NCBI GenBank assembly: GCA_963667765.2
Contig: CAXXON010000001.1
Location: 1,055,087-1,119,086 of the forward strand
Length of the DNA stretch: 64,000 bases
Direction: 5' to 3'
Source of the DNA: Dehalococcoidia bacterium
Lineage (GTDB): Bacteria; Chloroflexota; Dehalococcoidia; Lucifugimonadales; UBA3495
The stretch's first letter is position 1, and every line of letters begins with the position of its first letter. Under the pieces are notes generated by a model that saw only the letters and a program-made list of their open reading frames with translations, had not been told where the DNA came from and did not search any database. This document shows positions 44,689-53,890 of this stretch, in pieces. The translations under genes were made by a program, and so were the position numbers.

Positions 44689-46035
44689 ATGCCCGAACTG
44701 CATGAACTTACCGCAACCCAGTTGGCCCGTCAGATTCGCGCCCGCGAAATAAACGCAGTGGAAGTCGCCGAGGCCCTGCTTGACCGGACTGCGTCCCTGG
44801 AATCGCTACAAGCCTGGGTCTACATCGACCGTGAAACGGTGCTGGCCGACGCCGAGCAACGCCAGCGAGAGCTGGACTCCCTGCCCAACCCAGGACCGCT
44901 CCACGGAGTGCCGGTGGGAGTGAAAGACATCTTCTACACCGCCGGAATCCCAACCACCGCCTGCTCGCGAGTCTACGCCGACTTCGTTCCCGAGTTCGAT
45001 GCTGCCGTTCTCACCAGCCTCAAGGATGCCGGCGCCATCATGATGGGCAAGACCGTCACCACCGAGTTCGCCTGCCTCGACCCGTCCCAAACGCTCAACC
45101 CCTGGAACCCGGCCCACACCCCAGGCGGCTCCAGCAGCGGCTCGGCGGTGTCGGTGGCCACGGGAATGGCCCCGGTGGCCCTCGGCTCGCAGACCGTAGG
45201 CTCGGTGCTGCGCCCGGCATCCTACAACGGCGTCGTCGGCCTGAAGCCCACCTACGGCCGGGTCAGCCGCCACGGGGTGGTGCCGGTGAGCTGGTCGCTG
45301 GACACCATGGGCTGGATGTCCCGCTCGGTGGAGGACGCCGCCCTGATGCTGCAGGTTATGGCCGGGCCTGACGCCAACGACCCGGTCTGCGCACGCTTCC
45401 CGGCGCCAGATTACCTGTCGGGGCTGGAGGACGGCGCTCCGCCGCGCATCAGCCTGGTCACATCGTTCTTCATGGAGGAGTCCGACGGCGAAACTCAGCG
45501 GCACACCCGCGAAATGCTCCAGAAGCTGGCAGCGGCAGGGGCCGTCGTGGACGAAGTGAGGCTGCCCGACAGCTTCGGCACGGCCATCGAGGACCAGCAG
45601 ATCATCATGCGGAGTGAGGCCGCGTCGTTCCACCGGCCCATGTATGAGACCCGCTCCGAAGAATACCGGCCGCTGCTGCGCCGCCTGCTAGCACGCGGAA
45701 TGGATACCAGCGCAGTCGAGTACTCGGGTGCCCTGGAACGGCGCCTACGCTTCATCACCGACATGCAAGTGCTGGCCGAGAGCGCCGATGTTTTGATCAC
45801 GCCGACCACTCCGACCCCAGCCCTGGCCGACCTGACCAACACTGGCAACACCGCGTTCCAGGGTCCCTGGACCTCCTGCGGCCTGCCCACAATTACCATC
45901 CCGTCGGGCCTCGCCGAATCGGGGCTGCCAATGGGGCTGCAGATCATCACCGCACCCTTCCGTGAAGAGCGCCTTCTGGCCGCCGCCCGCTGGTGCGAAC
46001 GCGTGCTGGACGTGCACCTCGCCCCGCCGGTGTAA
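44689..46035 (+). CDS. Amidase-signature enzyme, paralogue 2
   Basis: ...LHGVPVGVKDIF... and GGSSSGSAVSVA. AAGGAG RBS. Confidence 0.85.
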   Translation: MPELHELTATQLARQIRAREINAVEVAEALLDRTASLESLQAWVYIDRETVLADAEQRQRELDSLPNPGPLHGVPVGVKDIFYTAGIPTTACSRVYADFVPEFDAAVLTSLKDAGAIMMGKTVTTEFACLDPSQTLNPWNPAHTPGGSSSGSAVSVATGMAPVALGSQTVGSVLRPASYNGVVGLKPTYGRVSRHGVVPVSWSLDTMGWMSRSVEDAALMLQVMAGPDANDPVCARFPAPDYLSGLEDGAPPRISLVTSFFMEESDGETQRHTREMLQKLAAAGAVVDEVRLPDSFGTAIEDQQIIMRSEAASFHRPMYETRSEEYRPLLRRLLARGMDTSAVEYSGALERRLRFITDMQVLAESADVLITPTTPTPALADLTNTGNTAFQGPWTSCGLPTITIPSGLAESGLPMGLQIITAPFREERLLAAARWCERVLDVHLAPPV

Positions 46036-46119
46036 GCGTCCGGGCCTCCACGAAAGTTCCTGTGTATCTACCGTCATTCCCTGTGAACAGCAATCCAACT
46101 CGCATTAGGAGAATCCGAC

Positions 46120-47070
46120 ATGCCGCAAGCCAATATTCCATCGGAAGAGGAAGTCCTCAGCTACTTCGACAAGTTCTCCAACTGGGGACGCTGGGGGGAT
46201 GACGACGAGCTGGGAGCCCCCAACCTGATTACTCCCGAGAAGGTGAAGCAGGCCATCGCGACGGTGCAGGAGGGCGTCCGGATCTCCATGGCCCGCACCA
46301 TCAGCTTCGAGGCCACAGCCGACGCCCCCAACCCGCCGGTGCACTTCATGGTGGAGAGCGGCGAGGGCTGGGCCAGCGGTCAGAAGGTCAGCAACCGTGC
46401 CTTCCCCGCCGCCACCGACTACTTCGGCATGATTTTCCACGGCTACACCGTCACTCACGTGGATAGCCTGGCGCACTTCTTCTGGAACGGGAAGACCTAC
46501 AACGGCAAGCCCGCCCACCTGGTCTCCACCAGCCTCGGTGCGACATTCGGTTCAGTGGAGGAGGCCAAGGAGGGCATCATCTCCCGCGCCGTGCTGGTGG
46601 ATGTACCGATGGTCAAGGGCATCGACTGGATCGACCGCGGCGAGGGCGTCATGATCGACGACATCCTGGCTGCTGAGGAGCGTTGCGGCTTCAAGGTGCA
46701 GGAGGGCGATGTCCTGCTGATCCGCACCGGACAGCTGCACCGCCGCAATGTGGAGGGACCGTGGCCCCGCGAGTCCGGGTCAGCCGCCTGCCAGGCCTCC
46801 TGTCTGCCCCTGTTCTACGAGCGGGGCATCGCCATGCTGGGGACCGACACCGGCAACGATGTCAATCCGCCTCAGTACGAGAATGTCCCCAGCCCAATCC
46901 ACCAGGTCGGCATCACGGCCATGGGCATCTGGATCCTCGACAACGCCAACCTCGAAGAGGTGGCCGTCGCCTGCCGGGAGCGCAACCGATGGGAGTTCAT
47001 GATCTCCATCGGACCGCTGCGCCTGCACAACACCACCGGCTCGCCCGTCAACCCCATCGCAATTTTCTAG
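46120..47070 (+). CDS. Putative cyclase / kynurenine-formamidase-like metal hydrolase
   Basis: HGYTVTHVDSLAH matches the HxxTHxDxxxH cyclase-family motif. Confidence 0.75.
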   Translation: MPQANIPSEEEVLSYFDKFSNWGRWGDDDELGAPNLITPEKVKQAIATVQEGVRISMARTISFEATADAPNPPVHFMVESGEGWASGQKVSNRAFPAATDYFGMIFHGYTVTHVDSLAHFFWNGKTYNGKPAHLVSTSLGATFGSVEEAKEGIISRAVLVDVPMVKGIDWIDRGEGVMIDDILAAEERCGFKVQEGDVLLIRTGQLHRRNVEGPWPRESGSAACQASCLPLFYERGIAMLGTDTGNDVNPPQYENVPSPIHQVGITAMGIWILDNANLEEVAVACRERNRWEFMISIGPLRLHNTTGSPVNPIAIF

Positions 47071-47113
47071 TCCTCATTGCTTCTCTTGTCCCTCAAGAGC
47101 AGCGTTCCTATAT

Positions 47114-47147
47114 CCCCTCCCCCTGGGGGGAGGGTTAGGGTGGGGGG
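47114..47147. repeat. REP family 3 copy
   Basis: cccctccccctggggggagggttagggtgggggg shares the ...gagggttagggtg.ggg core with 53780-53812. Confidence 0.65.
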
Positions 47148-47221
47148 AACCCTCGGGCGAAGAAATCCTCGAAATCCACTAAATATCCGGCGAGACCAAC
47201 CGCCGAATCAGGAGAAGATCA

Positions 47222-48271
47222 ATGGCGCACTATGTTTATGTCGCAGCCCAGGACGACAACAAGGTCGGAATCTTCACCATGGACGCCGACACCGGCGCCC
47301 TGACTCACCAGTCGGATGCCGCGATGCCGGGAGGACCGTCGCTGCTGGCCATCAGTCCCGACAAAGGCACGCTCTATGTGAGCCACCGCGAGTCCCTCCG
47401 CCTATCCAGCCACCGAATCGACTCGGCCACCGGCGGCCTCAGCCAGACCGGCTCGGTGGATGTCGACACCTGGCCTGCCTACATCGCCACAGACCGCACC
47501 GGCCGCCACCTGCTGGTTGCCTTTTACGGCGGAGCCAAAGCCGGGGTCTACCCCATCGGCGCCGCCGGCGAGCTTGGCGGCCCAGCGTCCGAGTCGGTCA
47601 CAACCGCCGAAGGTGCTCACTCCATCCTGACCGACCGCTCCAACCGCTTCGCTTATGTGCCGCATATCGCCTACATCCAGGACAACGTGCTGGAGCCGCC
47701 GAAGAACATCCAGGGGCCGAATGTCATCCACCAGTTCAGGTTCGACGCCGACACCGGCCGCCTGACTCCCAACGACCCGCTGGTCCTGGAGATGGGAGGG
47801 TTCCTCGGACCGCGGCACTACATCTACCACCCGTCGCTGGATGTGGTCTACTTCTCCGACGAGCAGGGCAGCAGCGTAACCGCCTATAACATGGACTCTG
47901 AAGGCAGGCTGTCGGCCTTCCAGACCATCTCGACGTTGCCCGAAGGACACACCGAGCGGAACACCTGCTCACAGATACAGATGAATGCTGACGGTAGCCT
48001 GCTGTTCGTTCCCAACCGGGGCCACAACAGCATCGCCAGCTTCAGGGTCGACCCCCAGACCGGCGCCCTGACCGCCGCCGGCCGCGCCTCCACCGAGGCC
48101 GTACCCAGCGCTTTCAGCCTCGACCCACAGGGCAAGTTCGTGTTCGGAGCCGGCTCCGCCACCGGACGCCTCTCCTCTCACAGCATCGACGGCGCGACCG
48201 GGCAGATGACGCCCCTCGCCACCTACGATGTGGGCGCTCGCCCCATGTGGGTCCTGACGACTACTCTCTGA
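47222..48271 (+). CDS. 7-bladed beta-propeller lactonase-family protein
   Basis: 349 aa. MAHYVYVAAQDDNKVGIFTMD... and repeated ...P..L..SPDG..LYV... blades are typical of the 6-phosphogluconolactonase-like family. Confidence 0.75.
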   Translation: MAHYVYVAAQDDNKVGIFTMDADTGALTHQSDAAMPGGPSLLAISPDKGTLYVSHRESLRLSSHRIDSATGGLSQTGSVDVDTWPAYIATDRTGRHLLVAFYGGAKAGVYPIGAAGELGGPASESVTTAEGAHSILTDRSNRFAYVPHIAYIQDNVLEPPKNIQGPNVIHQFRFDADTGRLTPNDPLVLEMGGFLGPRHYIYHPSLDVVYFSDEQGSSVTAYNMDSEGRLSAFQTISTLPEGHTERNTCSQIQMNADGSLLFVPNRGHNSIASFRVDPQTGALTAAGRASTEAVPSAFSLDPQGKFVFGAGSATGRLSSHSIDGATGQMTPLATYDVGARPMWVLTTTL

Positions 48272-48335
48272 AACTAACCCGCACCACGCGACCCGACACT
48301 GAGAAACTATCTCAAAACTCGCTGCGGACTCAAAA

Positions 48336-48362
48336 CCGTCATTCCTACGAAAGCAGGAATCC
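48336..48362. repeat. REP family 1 solo hairpin (diverged stem)
   Basis: ccgtcattcctacgaaagcaggaatcc. Both arms carry compensatory changes. Confidence 0.7.
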
Positions 48363-48536
48363 AGTGGCCATGGCCCTTGTTGGGCTAGTGACCTTTGAGC
48401 ATGGTCGTTTTGAGATAGTTTCTAGCTCCGAAGCCGGCGCGAGCAAGGACCGGAGTGGTCGATAGCGCCGGCCCGGCGGTGTATTATGCTGACTCGCCCT
48501 CGAGGCAAAAAATAAAGGCGACTTCAGGAGGATTAT

Positions 48537-49610
48537 ATGGCTATCGAGTTCTGGGCAATGGGTCGCCCCCAAGCTGGCGGGCCCAATTCCCAGGAGTTCA
48601 ACGCTGTCAAACAGGCGGTTCGCGCCGAGGAAATCGGGTACGACGGAATCGTCTATGTCGATTCCCAGAACCGCTACGGCGACACCTATGTTGCGATGGC
48701 TCTGGCCGCCCATGCCACTTCCACAGTCAAGCTGGGCACCGGAGTCACCAACTCCTTCACCCGCCATCCCGCGATCACCGCATCCGCCATCGCCACGGTA
48801 CAGGTGGAGAGCGGAGGCAGGGCCTTCCTTGGCATTGGCCGGGGCGACTCGGCTCTGGCCCATCTGGGCCGCGCACCCGACTCCGTGCCCAAGTTTGAGA
48901 ACTACCTGGAGAGGCTGCAGGGCTACCTGAAGGGAGAGGAGGTCCCATTCGAAGCCGGAGGAGACATCGACTCCATCGGCCTCGCGGACTACAAGGAGTC
49001 CAGCCAAATTTTCTGGATCGATGAGGTCCGTCCGCCCAAGGTGCCCGTGGATGTGGCTGCGACCGGCCCCAAGGTCATTTCCGCCGCCGCCCGCCACGCC
49101 GACAGGGTTACCCTGAACGTGGGCGCGGACCCCGACCGCATCCGGTGGGGCATGGAAGTCGCCCGTTCCGCTCGCGCCGAAGCACGCCTGTCGCCGGACA
49201 TTCCATTCGGCGCCTACGTACCCCTCGTGGTTCATGACGATCCCGAGGAAGCCGCCCGTATCGGCACCTTCCAGGTCTCCCTGTTCGCCCGCTTCTCCTC
49301 CATGTACGGAAGCGTGGTTGGGCCCGCTTCAACGGAGCAGCGTCAGGTCATGCGCAACATCCACGACGCTTACGACATGCAGCATCACGGCATGGCGGGC
49401 TCCCCTCAGGACGAGGCAGTCACCACTGACTTTGCCCGGAACTTCGGGATATTCGGGCCTCCCACCCACTGCGCCGACCGTCTGGCGGAACTCATTGACC
49501 TAGGGATAGACAAGTTCATCATCCGCGGTGTGTCCCTGGATCCTGCGGATCCCGAATCTCGAGCCGCCGAGCGCTTCATCGAGGAGGTCGCTCCCCTGCT
49601 TCGTAGCTAG
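48537..49610 (+). CDS. LLM-class (F420/FMN-dependent) oxidoreductase
   Basis: 357 aa. ...AEEIGYDGIVYVDSQN..., ...LGIGRGDS... AGGAGG RBS. Confidence 0.8.
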   Translation: MAIEFWAMGRPQAGGPNSQEFNAVKQAVRAEEIGYDGIVYVDSQNRYGDTYVAMALAAHATSTVKLGTGVTNSFTRHPAITASAIATVQVESGGRAFLGIGRGDSALAHLGRAPDSVPKFENYLERLQGYLKGEEVPFEAGGDIDSIGLADYKESSQIFWIDEVRPPKVPVDVAATGPKVISAAARHADRVTLNVGADPDRIRWGMEVARSARAEARLSPDIPFGAYVPLVVHDDPEEAARIGTFQVSLFARFSSMYGSVVGPASTEQRQVMRNIHDAYDMQHHGMAGSPQDEAVTTDFARNFGIFGPPTHCADRLAELIDLGIDKFIIRGVSLDPADPESRAAERFIEEVAPLLRS

Positions 49611-49652
49611 GGACGGCGTACCGTCAACCCCAGGGTCCAACCGAAAGGGGCG

Positions 49653-51080
49653 CTATCCCCGCCGCGCCAGCCAGCGAAGGATGCGCCCCACGCGCCCTCC
49701 CAGCGAACGCTCCGAGTAAGCCCGGAGCGCCAGCTGCTGCGATGCCATCGAGAGGGTCGGGTAGACATGCATTGAGCGGGCCAGGTCGCCCAGCTTGAAG
49801 CCCTTGTCGATAGCCAGCGTCCACTCCTGCACCATCTCGTCGGCCCGGGAGCCCACGATGGTTGCTCCCAGGACACGCCCGTTGACCAGGTGGACGGCCT
49901 TCACGAAGCCGTCTGAGTCCCCGTCGGTCAGGGCCCGATCGACCTCGTTCAGGGGCCACCGTGTGACCATGACCTTGTCGGAATGCACTTCCTTAGCTTC
50001 GGCTTCGGTCAGACCCGTCTGCGCCACCGCCGGGTCGGTGAAGACAGCGCGGGGAACCGAGTCCCGCACCGCTGCCGTGTTCATGGGCAGAAAGGCGTTG
50101 CGCACCGCCATGAACCCCTGCCACCCGGCGTAATGGGTGAACTGCGGCCCGCCGGTAACATCGCCGGCTGCATAGATGCGCCTGTTGGCTGTCTGCAGGT
50201 GCCGGCTCACGGGGATCCCGGCAGCCGTGGCCTGAACTCCTGCCGCCTCAAGCCCCAGGCCTTTGATATTCGGACGCCGCCCGACTGCAACCAGCAGCAC
50301 TTCGGCGTCGACGCTATCGCCATCGGGCAGCCGGATGCTGACTCCTGCTGCGCCGTCCCGTGGCGACACGCATTGTGCGCTTTGTCCCGTAATGACCTTG
50401 ATTCTCTCGTCGGCAAATCGCCGAGAGACGACCTCAGCCGCCTCTGGGTCTTCCGAGGGTAGAATCCGGTCGGCAGCTTCGATCAGCGTTACTTCCGAGC
50501 CCAGGCGGACGAATGCCTGTGCCAGCTCGCATCCCACGGTCCCGGCGCCGATGACTGCCATCGTTTCAGGCAACTCCTCCATGTCCCACACGGACTCGTA
50601 GGTATGGAACCCGACGCCGTCCAGCCCCGGTATTGCCGGAACAACCGGTGAGGCGCCGGTGCACACCAGGAACCGCCGCCCGGTGAGGGAACGGCCGTCG
50701 ACTCTTACAACATCCGGCCCTGTGAACGAGGCCTCCCCGACGATTACATCGATACCCTCACGGGCCAGCGCATCAGGCGACTCGGCGTCGTAGATCCCGC
50801 GAATGACCGAGCGTACTCGCTCCATAACCGCACGAAGGTCGACCGCGGGATCGAAAGGAGGCAGTCCGAACAGGTCTGCCTTGCGCATGGAGTGGGCGAC
50901 ACCTGCGGCCTTGAGCAGCGCCTTGCTCGGCACACAGCCGGTCCAGGTGCAGTCGCCGCCAACCCGGGAGCGCTCCACCAGGGCTACCGACAGTCCCAAA
51001 CCGCGAGCGAACCGGGCGGCGGTAAGCCCAGCCGATCCGGCCCCGACGATGATCAGGTCGTAGTCGGTCTTCCCGGCCAC
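49653..51080 (-). CDS. FAD-dependent pyridine nucleotide-disulfide oxidoreductase (dihydrolipoyl dehydrogenase / MerA-like family)
   Basis: DLIIVGAGSAGL dinucleotide fold and redox-active GGDCTWTGCVPSK. The GTG start lies 1 nt after the amidase stop. Confidence 0.85.
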   Translation of the reverse strand: MAGKTDYDLIIVGAGSAGLTAARFARGLGLSVALVERSRVGGDCTWTGCVPSKALLKAAGVAHSMRKADLFGLPPFDPAVDLRAVMERVRSVIRGIYDAESPDALAREGIDVIVGEASFTGPDVVRVDGRSLTGRRFLVCTGASPVVPAIPGLDGVGFHTYESVWDMEELPETMAVIGAGTVGCELAQAFVRLGSEVTLIEAADRILPSEDPEAAEVVSRRFADERIKVITGQSAQCVSPRDGAAGVSIRLPDGDSVDAEVLLVAVGRRPNIKGLGLEAAGVQATAAGIPVSRHLQTANRRIYAAGDVTGGPQFTHYAGWQGFMAVRNAFLPMNTAAVRDSVPRAVFTDPAVAQTGLTEAEAKEVHSDKVMVTRWPLNEVDRALTDGDSDGFVKAVHLVNGRVLGATIVGSRADEMVQEWTLAIDKGFKLGDLARSMHVYPTLSMASQQLALRAYSERSLGGRVGRILRWLARRG

Positions 51081-51081
51081 G

Positions 51082-52443
51082 CTAAGAGTAGTTGGGCGGC
51101 CCCTGGTTTAGCCCTGCGACCCGTTCACACCACTGGGAGGCGCCCAGCACCTGCCCTTCCTGCGCCCACAGGCCGCCGAACTGCACCGCCATCGGCATGC
51201 CCAGCTCCGAGAGGCCCGTCGGCACGACCACCGTCGGCAGCCCGGCGGCGGTCCAGGGAACCTGGAACGCGGCGTCGCCGGTGGTGTTCAGGTCCTTCGG
51301 CGCTGGCGCTGGCGTGGCCGGCGTCATAACCACATCGACCCTGCTGGCCATCTCCTCCATGTCGGCCCGGAATTGCCGACGCAGTCGTTGCGCCTTCAGG
51401 TAGGTGGCGGTGGGAATGAGCATCCCCATCTCCATCCCAGCCCGGATGCGCGGCCCGTAGTCGGCGGCCCGGGTCCGGTGGTTGGCCTCGTGGAAGGCCG
51501 CGCAGTCCACATTCATCACGATACGCTGGAAGCTGTGCACCTGGGCGAAGCTGTCGGGCAGCGGAATCTCCTCCACATCTGCCCCTGCCTCTGCCAGCTG
51601 GTTGGCGACCGCTTCAGTGTGGGCCCAGATCTCAGGCGTACAGTAGTCCTGGTAATACTGCCTCACCAGGCCGATTCGCGGCGGCCGGTCGTGCGCGGCC
51701 ATCTGCGCGATGAAGTCCGGGACCGGCTGACGCAACGATCCGGGATCGTTGTCATCCTCACCGCTCAACACCTCCAGCATCAGCGCGGCGTCGGCCACGG
51801 TGCGGGTCAGGATTCCCACATGGTCCAGCGACCAGCTCACTGGCACCACCCCGTAGCGGCTGATGCGCCCATAGGTGGGCTTCAGGCCGACGATGCCGTT
51901 GTAGGCCGCAGGGCGGCAGGTGGACCCCCCAGTCTGAGAGCCAAGAGCGGCTGGCACCATCCGCGAAGCCACGGCCGCTGAGGAACCGCTGCTGGAGCCA
52001 CCGGGAGTGTGCTCCAGATTCCACGGGTTGTGCGTCGGCGATGGGTCTGAGGTGGCGAACTCCGTCGTGACCGCCTTGCCCAGGATTATGCCGCCGGCCG
52101 CCTTGATCTTCGCCACGGAAGTCGCGTCGAAGTCAGGCACGAAGTCGGCGTACACCTTCGAGCCGCACGCAGTCAGCATCCCCGCGGTGTAGAAGATGTC
52201 CTTCAGACCAACGGGTACGCCGTGGATCGGCCCCAGGGGCCCGCCGCTCGCGACCTCCGCCTCCCGCTCACGGGCGGTTGTCAGTACGGCGTCGCGGTCG
52301 ATGGTCACCCACGCCTGCAGGTCGCCGTCCAGGGAGTTGATCCGGTCCAGCAGGGATTCCGCCAGCGCCACCGGAGATAGCTGGCCTTCGCGGATCTGCG
52401 CCGCGGCTTCTACTACCGAAAGCTCGTAGGGCTCAGGCATCAT
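51082..52443 (-). CDS. Amidase-signature enzyme, paralogue 3
   Basis: ...IHGVPVGLKDIF... and GGSSSGSSAAVA. Confidence 0.85.
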   Translation of the reverse strand: MMPEPYELSVVEAAAQIREGQLSPVALAESLLDRINSLDGDLQAWVTIDRDAVLTTAREREAEVASGGPLGPIHGVPVGLKDIFYTAGMLTACGSKVYADFVPDFDATSVAKIKAAGGIILGKAVTTEFATSDPSPTHNPWNLEHTPGGSSSGSSAAVASRMVPAALGSQTGGSTCRPAAYNGIVGLKPTYGRISRYGVVPVSWSLDHVGILTRTVADAALMLEVLSGEDDNDPGSLRQPVPDFIAQMAAHDRPPRIGLVRQYYQDYCTPEIWAHTEAVANQLAEAGADVEEIPLPDSFAQVHSFQRIVMNVDCAAFHEANHRTRAADYGPRIRAGMEMGMLIPTATYLKAQRLRRQFRADMEEMASRVDVVMTPATPAPAPKDLNTTGDAAFQVPWTAAGLPTVVVPTGLSELGMPMAVQFGGLWAQEGQVLGASQWCERVAGLNQGPPNYS

Positions 52444-52515
52444 TAACCCTCAAAATCACATAATGGGTGGCGCAACTGTGTCGACTCGCCCCCTACGGGT
52501 TGCAGACATCGGTCG

Positions 52516-52695
52516 CTAGCCGTGGATCAGCGGCTCGAGGTCCGGGTGGGTTTCCGCTCCTTCCACATCCGCCACCTGCCGGGCTGTCGTTCGCAGATAG
52601 TCTTCCAGATCAGCGGCGCGCTCTTCTCCGAACATGGCAACCGCACGCCGACGCAACTCCTCGTAGAACCACTCTTCGCTCTTGTACCGGCCCAT
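52516..52695 (-). CDS. Small protein (59 aa), possible GatC/AtzG-like amidase partner
   Basis: ATG 52695 lies 7 nt after GGAGGG. The gene ends 72 nt upstream of the amidase. The tail ...QVADVEGAETHPDLEP... loosely recalls the GatC C-terminal motif. Confidence 0.4.
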   Translation of the reverse strand: MGRYKSEEWFYEELRRRAVAMFGEERAADLEDYLRTTARQVADVEGAETHPDLEPLIHG

Positions 52696-52850
52696 TGGTC
52701 CGCCCTCCACATACCCGATTGGCTGGATCGCCCATTAGTAAATTCTAATTGTGGCCGTAGGGCCGGTCAAACGAGGTGAGTTGTCCGGTGGCTGTTATAA
52801 TCCCGAAAACCATCCGTAATTGAGACTGGAACTGACATAAGGAGGGAGTC

Positions 52851-53747
52851 ATGCCAGACGACCTTTCCGGCATCTTGGAGTCCCCGGAACACACCCACCT
52901 GGCCGATGTGGGCGGCAACACCGAGGGCCCGCTGTGGCACCCGGACGGCTACCTGACCTTCGTTTCCCTCACCGAAAGCCGCCTGTACCGCTGGGATGAA
53001 GCCAGCGGTGTCAGCGTGGTCCGCGAAGGCACCGGCGAAGGCAACGGCTGCACCTTCGACCGCGAAGGGCGCCTGATAATGTGCGAGGGCGCGGGACACC
53101 GCCGCATCACCCGCATGGACCCCGACGGCACGGTATCTCCCATCGCCGAGCGATGGCAGGGCAAGCGTTTTCACAAGCCCAACGACTTGGTCACCCGCTC
53201 CGACGGGAGCATATATTTCACCGACCCGTCGCTGCGACTCGAGCCCGAGCTGCGGGAGTACGACTTCGCCGGGGTCTTCCGCCTCGCCCCCGACGGCGAG
53301 GTGCACCTGGCCACCGACGGCTGCGAGTACCCCAACGGTCTGGCTTTCTCGCCAGACGAGTCGGTGCTGTATGTGGCAATCAGCCGCGTCAGCCTCGACT
53401 GCCTCGGCGAGGAGGAGCGAGGCGAGGTCTGCACCCACCGCAAGATACGCGCCTTCGATGTCGCCGCCGACGGCTCCCTCAGCAACAACCGCGTCTTCGC
53501 CGACATGAGCTCCGCCGAGCCCGGCGTCCCCGACGGGATGAAGGTGGACACCGCGGGCCGGGTCTTCTGCACCGGCTCCGGCGGCATCTGGGTCTTTGAG
53601 CCCGACGGTACCCACATCGGTGTCATCCGCGGGCCTGAAATCCCCCGCAACATCGCCTTCGGAGGCCCTGATTACCGCACCGTCTACACCACGCCCGGCA
53701 CATCAATCTACAGCTTCCGCGTAACAACGCCCGGCATCAAACCTTAA
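52851..53747 (+). CDS. SMP-30/gluconolactonase/LRE-family protein
   Basis: 298 aa. ...EGPLWHPDG..., ...FNKPNDLV-like KPNDLVTRSDGSIYFTDP, ...PNGLAFSPDE..., ...PDGMKVD... Confidence 0.85.
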   Translation: MPDDLSGILESPEHTHLADVGGNTEGPLWHPDGYLTFVSLTESRLYRWDEASGVSVVREGTGEGNGCTFDREGRLIMCEGAGHRRITRMDPDGTVSPIAERWQGKRFHKPNDLVTRSDGSIYFTDPSLRLEPELREYDFAGVFRLAPDGEVHLATDGCEYPNGLAFSPDESVLYVAISRVSLDCLGEEERGEVCTHRKIRAFDVAADGSLSNNRVFADMSSAEPGVPDGMKVDTAGRVFCTGSGGIWVFEPDGTHIGVIRGPEIPRNIAFGGPDYRTVYTTPGTSIYSFRVTTPGIKP

Positions 53748-53779
53748 AACTCCGCAACTTCCGCCACCACCGACCAATT

Positions 53780-53812
53780 CCCTCTCCCTCAGGGAGAGGG
53801 TTAGGGTGAGGG
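53780..53812. repeat. REP family 3 copy
   Basis: ccctctccctcagggagagggttagggtgaggg: a hairpin (ccctctccc / gggagaggg) plus a G-rich tail. Confidence 0.7.
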
Positions 53813-53890
53813 CCAACTCCTCCGCTAGAGAATCCTGCCCCCACCCTGTATCATTGGCCGAAGTTCGAATCAGCAAGCAGGAGTTGAACC

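Noticed and set aside
47077-47889. 270-aa ORF starting in the REP family 3 copy and running through the lactonase gene in another frame.
   Set aside because: The translation is Pro/Arg/Gly-rich. The overlapping frame 47222-48271 has clear beta-propeller lactonase features and a proper RBS.
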